A stretch of 57,514 bases of DNA, counting the filler, from Sluysia triapertura (lineage: Eukaryota): NCBI GenBank assembly GCA_046118255.1. It is 4 parts of 4 records of this genome, joined end to end, with 100 filler letters (N's around TTAATTAATTAA, not from the genome) between each part and the next. Parts side by side here need not be neighbours in the genome. Positions count along the whole stretch, not along the records: positions 44,799 to 57,514 come from JBJNIA010076161.1; 3 more parts are not named here. The stretch is one strand, 5' to 3'. Of the stretch, positions 51,965-57,514 are shown piece after piece; the first letter of the stretch is position 1, and each line of letters starts with the position of its first letter. Position numbers and translations under genes: made by a program. The notes under the pieces were generated by a model that was given only the letters and a program-made list of their open reading frames with translations, was not told the origin of the DNA and did not search any database.

Positions 51965-52824
51965 ATTAGTATTCTGTTTGTAAAGAACAATTTTTATTAA
52001 ATTAATACTTCCTTTAAATAACTTAAACATAACATTAAAGAAATGCATTGAAGCATTAATTAAACATTTCAAACTTTCAATATGTATACTAATAAATGCA
52101 CATTTAGTATCATTGTCCATTAATTTGAACATCTTACACATATCATTTAATAATGACAACGATATTGTCTTCTGACGTCTATGAAGTACTCGCATGAGCA
52201 AATTCAATATCATCTGTCTAATATAAACTAACTGTTTAAAATAATAATACTCATATCAAATAACTGTTCACATGAACGATGTAGGTACTTTCGTCCTGCC
52301 ACAATGCTAGTTAACATCGTAATGCCAAAATAGCAACTAAAAACTGCGTCAGGAATTGTAACAATGACAGACTTGACTAAGGCCTTAGTTTCTAATTCAT
52401 AAATATCTAAAGTTATCTCAAAAAACTCAAACTTTTAAAACTTTTTATAAGAACATAACATATCTTATTTACGATATCTAACTTTCCATCATCAATTGTA
52501 TCTTCACTTTTGGCAGCTATTAAGAACTCAAATATGTTATTCTCTAACTGAGTGATGAAACGAGGAATTATTTCTTTGATATTTTATAGTGTTTTTTATT
52601 AATTCCAAATCATTTATATACCACTTAGTCCACAACTTCTCTTTATTAAATTTCAATGGAGCTAGCTGAGTTTGAGTACCATATTGCATCTTTATTACAC
52701 TCAACTTTAAGTTTTTTTATGCCAAGTTAGCTGGTGGATACTTAATCTTCTCAACATCAGGTAATGAATCTTTGTCTAAATCTTCATCATTTGAAACTAA
52801 ATCTATAACGTTTTTTGAAGACAT
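51965..52824 (-). pseudogene. Decayed orphan ORF divergent from the copy E core, running in frame into the PHKG fragment
   Basis: ATG near 52824 (MSSKNVIDLVSNDEDLDKDSLPDVEKIKYPP), with several stops and frameshifts. The track ORF 51650-52213 joins its 3' part to the kinase piece. Confidence 0.5.
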
Positions 52825-52899
52825 TTTGTAATCAATTTAATTTTTGAACTGCTGTCTTTGTTTTTAAACAATAACTAGGATGTAAATTTAAAAAGATTT

Positions 52900-54610
52900 T
52901 CAAAGTAAAATTATGTAGATTTATATTAAAAAGTGGATTTAAACATCAAGATGAATGTAGAATAATAAAACAAATAAATTTAAACGGTAAATGATAAAAA
53001 GAAAAAGCTCGTGTAATAGTTTCAAAAGATTTATGCATTTAAATTACATAATAATAATAACATTAATTTCACCATTTTTATTATCAGTAATATTGTTATT
53101 TTTTTTATTATCATCATTATTGCTGTTGTTTTTAATATTGTTATTACTATTAATTACTTTTATAAAGCTCAATTAAATTGAAAATTGTTGTCACCATCAT
53201 CAGTAGTGACATCTCATTTATTCCTGTCATTTACACCCCACTACTGATGATGGTTCGTAGTTCAAAGCAAAAATCATTTTATCATCGCCCAATCAGAGTC
53301 CAAATTATTCTCATTATTTTAAAAACACTCTGATTGGGCAGAATAGATAAAAATAGTCAAAAAACTAAAAATAGAGTGTCTAGAAAACAGAGACACAAAT
53401 AAAATTTTCAAGACACAATGTCAGACAAAAATTTTTGGCTTACAATTAAATTTCATAATAAAAATTGTATTATCTAGCAAGTTAATTGTTATATGATTAT
53501 AATTTATATGGAACAAAGGGATAAAGAATTTTCTTCACAATTACGAGATATTGATAGTGTAAAAATTGTTAATGAGTTTGCCATAATGTTGACAATCAAA
53601 GATTTTAAAATGCACAGTTTTGATCTATTAAACATGTTATCTAAAAAACTAGACAGTCTAGTATTATGTTCAAATAAATTTATTAGAAGAATTGAAATAA
53701 ATGATGTTCTCAATTGTAAATGATTTATCTATAAACGAACTTAACATGAATACTGAAAATGATTTAATTAGTTTGAATTTTTATAAATCAAGTTTTGACC
53801 TAACTATTGTATTACTCGGTAAAGCTCGATATTTTAGGATTAACTGGATCAAGCAAAGGTTTCAGAACAATTTCGATTTAACTACATCTCGTGTACTTCT
53901 TACAAACATAAGTAAATTTGAACTGTTGATTTCACATTTAAAACGGGAAAGTGTTAATTATTCAACCATTTTTGATAATTATTGTTTACATAACGGTAGT
54001 TTTAATCTCTACACCTTACATTCACACAGTGAGATCCAGTTTCGTTTCGAATTTCACGAATTATTCAAGTTTATAAAGAACGATTATGAACAACATTATG
54101 AACAATTGACTAATTTATTCGACAGTGCTAGTAAAGATCCTAATAAAAAGCTTATGAAATTTCAAGAGTTCATCTTCTTTACGAAAAGTGTACAATATTT
54201 ATCTCGCTACTTATATGATGGACATACGTTAACAACATCAGAGTTTGAAGATGTCAAAAACTATTTAATTGTGCAAAAAAATATTGGAACAAGCTAGTAA
54301 CAACTGTTTATGGTACCGACTTAAAGTTATGAATTCAATATTACAACCTACTTCTATCATTTATATAGTAGAAGAAAAATTAGTAACAATGTTTAGAGAT
54401 ATTCATAAACCTGTCCTAATGAAAATTAAGTTCCGTGTTTATGATACATCCGAACAAATTTTTAAGCAGTTCGGTATACCTGACTGTGCCAAAAAAGAAA
54501 ACGTGATCGTGATATATTTTTATGAAAGTATGTAAGTCTATGTTAGTTACAAAATTGTTAAATTATTTTATTATTTTTTAGTTATTGAACTTGGTTACTG
54601 GACTAATGAA
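52900..54610 (+). mobile_element. Double-hairpin family copy E (best preserved core)
   Basis: AAGCTCGTGT block at ~53005 and (AAT)/(TTA) tracts. Perfect 16-bp inverted repeat 53193-53208/53239-53254 and perfect 13-bp CCAAT inverted repeat 53287-53299/53327-53339. AACTTGGTTACTGGAC (~54588-54603) resembles the copy A end. Boundaries are approximate. Confidence 0.75.
53493..54535 (+). pseudogene. Orphan ~345-codon ORF broken by two frameshifts
   Basis: Three overlapping ORFs (53493-53723, 53701-54297, 54269-54535) tile the region directly downstream of the copy E hairpins. No recognisable domain. Confidence 0.65.
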
Positions 54611-55589
54611 TATGGACGAGCCGGATACGAGAACATCCCTAATTTTAATGTTTTTACATATTTGACTTTTGTTGAAAGAACAATAAATTTTGATGTCAAA
54701 TATTTCATTTATTTATTTATGAAAACTTTTATAAATAATTTAATTTTTAGAAGTAAAGTTTTAGCTAAAGTTAATAATAAGAAACTAAAGTTAAAGTATA
54801 TTAAAGTAATAGGATTCAAACATAAAACCTATACACAAAATTCTTTTAATATGTACAATTGTTCCTTTAATTTCAATATAAAAATAGAAATAATCACGAT
54901 AAATATACCAAATAAGACGAAGAATGAATTAAGTCTTGAAACATCAAAACTGAGACAAAACATTTATCATTTTAATTCTTTTTACATATTTGCAATTTTT
55001 CAAACGTTAACGGATATAATTCTTTACATAAAAAATGAATGATACGCCCTCAATCTTAAATTGGTGCCTGTATACAGTTCCCATAATTACACTCAATGGA
55101 TTACTTCCCTTGTTGTTTTCTAAATATTTTATCTTATAAGTTACTCTAGCTTGTTGCGGTCTACATAAAATGAATGTATTTTGCGTAGATTTTACGTTTT
55201 CCTTACTATGGTAAAACGATAAAACTTACCAATAAATAATTACTTTACCATCGAAAAATGAAAGAATTTTGTCATGTATCTTTGTAGCTGAAATTATGAT
55301 TGTGCTGTTTCCTAAAATTTCCTAAATATTTATATTAAAATTCTTCATCTTGGATTCCTTACTTTTTTGATTTAGAAAAACAATTCCTAAAGATTGAAAA
55401 ATTTAAAAATGTTTAACACTAAAAATTTTTTAAAGAATTATTTTTAATTATTTGTCTTAAATTATTTTTAATTATGTATTTTAAAATATTTAAAAATTCT
55501 TTTAATAATAAAAATAATGATTTTAAAATAAAATATAAATTAAAATTATAAAATCCATAAACTAAAACCAAATATACATTAAAGTTTAT

Positions 55590-56340
55590 AAAATTTACAC
55601 TTTACAAATTCGATGTTGCTCAATTCGAAGTCTTTTGCATGAATAGCTGCGTTGTCATACAATAATAAAATTTTCCACTCTTCTGCTTTAATTATACTGT
55701 TCAAATCTTTTAACCAAGCTTGAAAAATTGTTAACGTCATCCAATACTTTGTATTCTAACGGTAATACAAAGTTTTTTTCTATATAGAAATCTTTAAAAT
55801 AACGAGGTTTCTCCGATCTACCTATCACTAAATGATTTAACTTTTCTTCTAACATATTTACTCCCAAGAGTATAGCAATTCAATCTTTAGAAAACTTACC
55901 ATTTGCTTTATCCTCTTTAGAAATTGTATATGTTCCAAAATAATCCGGTTCGTCACAATTATAAACATTTCTATCTTCATATTCTTTTAATTTTGATATA
56001 TGCAATTCCTTAAATTAAGAATATACTTTTAATCCACGGTATATTCCCAAATAATTCTTTTGGACATTATTATATTCCTGGAAAGAAAAGAATTAAGCCA
56101 ACCGTTTGATGCTTTAAAATCATGATTTCCTAATGCCTTCTGTGGCAAATATCACCATTGATACCGATATTCTTGGTATCTGAATCTGGAACCATTCACA
56201 CAAGATGGCATCAACTTGATATCCATTACGTAAATGTGTTTTTCTTCCCTGTCTGATATTCAAGTTTGACTTCAAAATGGAGTCTCTAGATTTCATAAGT
56301 TTATGTTGCGTCTTTTAAAATTATTAACTATGATAAATCA
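55590..56340 (-). mobile_element. Tigger/pogo transposase pseudogene (CENP-B-type HTH plus DDE_1)
   Basis: FKASNGWL, VYNCDE.GLFW, VIGRSEKPRYFK, WMTLTIFQAWLKDLN and KILLLYDNAAIH occur in order on the minus strand, with stops and frameshifts. Confidence 0.92.
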
Positions 56341-57514
56341 ATGTTAATTCAATTAGCTTAACAGGAATCTCAATTATCCAAGTACTAACTAAATCAAGTT
56401 TAGGTTTTCAAAAATTCTCTTATTTAATATCAATAATTATTCACCCCAAAATTAAGCCCTTGGAAATCAAATCAATAATAACAACACAATAATTTTACTA
56501 TTAAACAAAAAAATCAAAGTACAAATTATTATTATGAATATCCACTACACAATACTAAGAATGACTAAAATGACACAATTAAAAATAGCGTTTATAATAA
56601 TATTAAGGATACTAACTAAAGAAACCAGGAGTGACGCAACAGACACTAATAATATCAATATCTAGAAAATGAAGAATAATGATACTGCCCAAATTTTTCT
56701 AGACACCTGAACCAGACGTAATTACAATTAAATATTACAACAAAAATTTGGGCAGAGATTCCTTCTAAAATTTAATAGTAATAAATAAAAAAAATATTTG
56801 TGTAGGGTGTCTCTCACAAAACTAATTTTAAAATTCAAAAAAATAAATTTCAAAGGGGTCTCCTACCAAATGATATTACAATCCCTTAAAATAAATTTAA
56901 TATTTTAGAGTAAATTGCAAAAGGAGTCTCACCAAATGATTTGAAATTTCCTTAAAAACAGATGAAATAATAATGATAATAATGATCGGAATATTATGGC
57001 AATATTACAACGATAACATATTAGAATAATAAAATAATAAAATATCTCTACTAAGAACATGGATTTTCTTAATTCTGCAAATCTTCTTGTGTCCTGTGAT
57101 TGTGTGATTGTGTTGTAAAACTTCATTAGGTATAAAACATAGAAATCTGATTTATTATCAACTATCATTTCTTTTTAATCTACTCAATCTATTTTTACTG
57201 AAATTATTTCTCACATTAAAATAACAGTCAACAATATTATTAACATGCATAAAACAAATTAATTTAATTCCACTTTTTAGTACTTAATTGATTTTCGACA
57301 TTTCACACCCAATTTTCTAATGAAAAATGTTTTAAGGTTCTTATTCTCAAACGAACCAGTTTACAAACATTTCAAACTCACTTATAGATTCTCCTCTTTT
57401 GTTGGGATTGCCCAACTTTAGATTAAGAGACGAGTAAAAAATATATAGAATTACAAATGAAGGAAGAATTGATGAGAAGTAACAGATGAAGTATTATAAA
57501 CTTCGTTGAAATAA

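Noticed and set aside
53209-53238. CRESS-virus or nanovirus origin nonanucleotide in hairpin loops
   Set aside because: No NANTATTAC-type motif in any loop, loops are longer than CRESS origins, and no HUH Rep is visible.

Overview
Very AT-rich (roughly 20-25% GC by eye), gene-poor, repeat-dense eukaryotic DNA. It is metazoan: it holds an invertebrate-type calmodulin remnant, a phosphorylase-kinase-gamma fragment, a FucTA-like N-terminus, and mariner, Tigger, hAT, L2 and gypsy relics. The window is four contigs joined by artificial N44-TTAATTAATTAA-N44 linkers, so adjacency across 17206-17305, 33708-33807 and 44699-44798 is not established. Plausible host genes: an intact 250-aa EF-hand-like ORF (40657-41409) head-to-head with an alpha-1,3-fucosyltransferase-like N-terminal region. 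Two systems stand out. (1) An R2/R4/NeSL-type non-LTR retrotransposon (RT, CCHC, PD-D/ExK endonuclease) is inserted twice at the same nucleotide of an ~85-bp tRNA-Ala-like, D-arm-less unit. An empty copy of that unit lies at 43452-43536. (2) A dispersed element family that I do not recognise has at least 6 copies. It shows TGTGG...CCACA ends where visible, a strand-skewed arm, a purine block, an (AAT)n tract and two tandem inverted repeats (the second built from CCAAT boxes). Each copy is followed by a different orphan ORF, and host-gene fragments (PHKG, calmodulin) sit next to family sequence. All calls are by eye; no searches were run.
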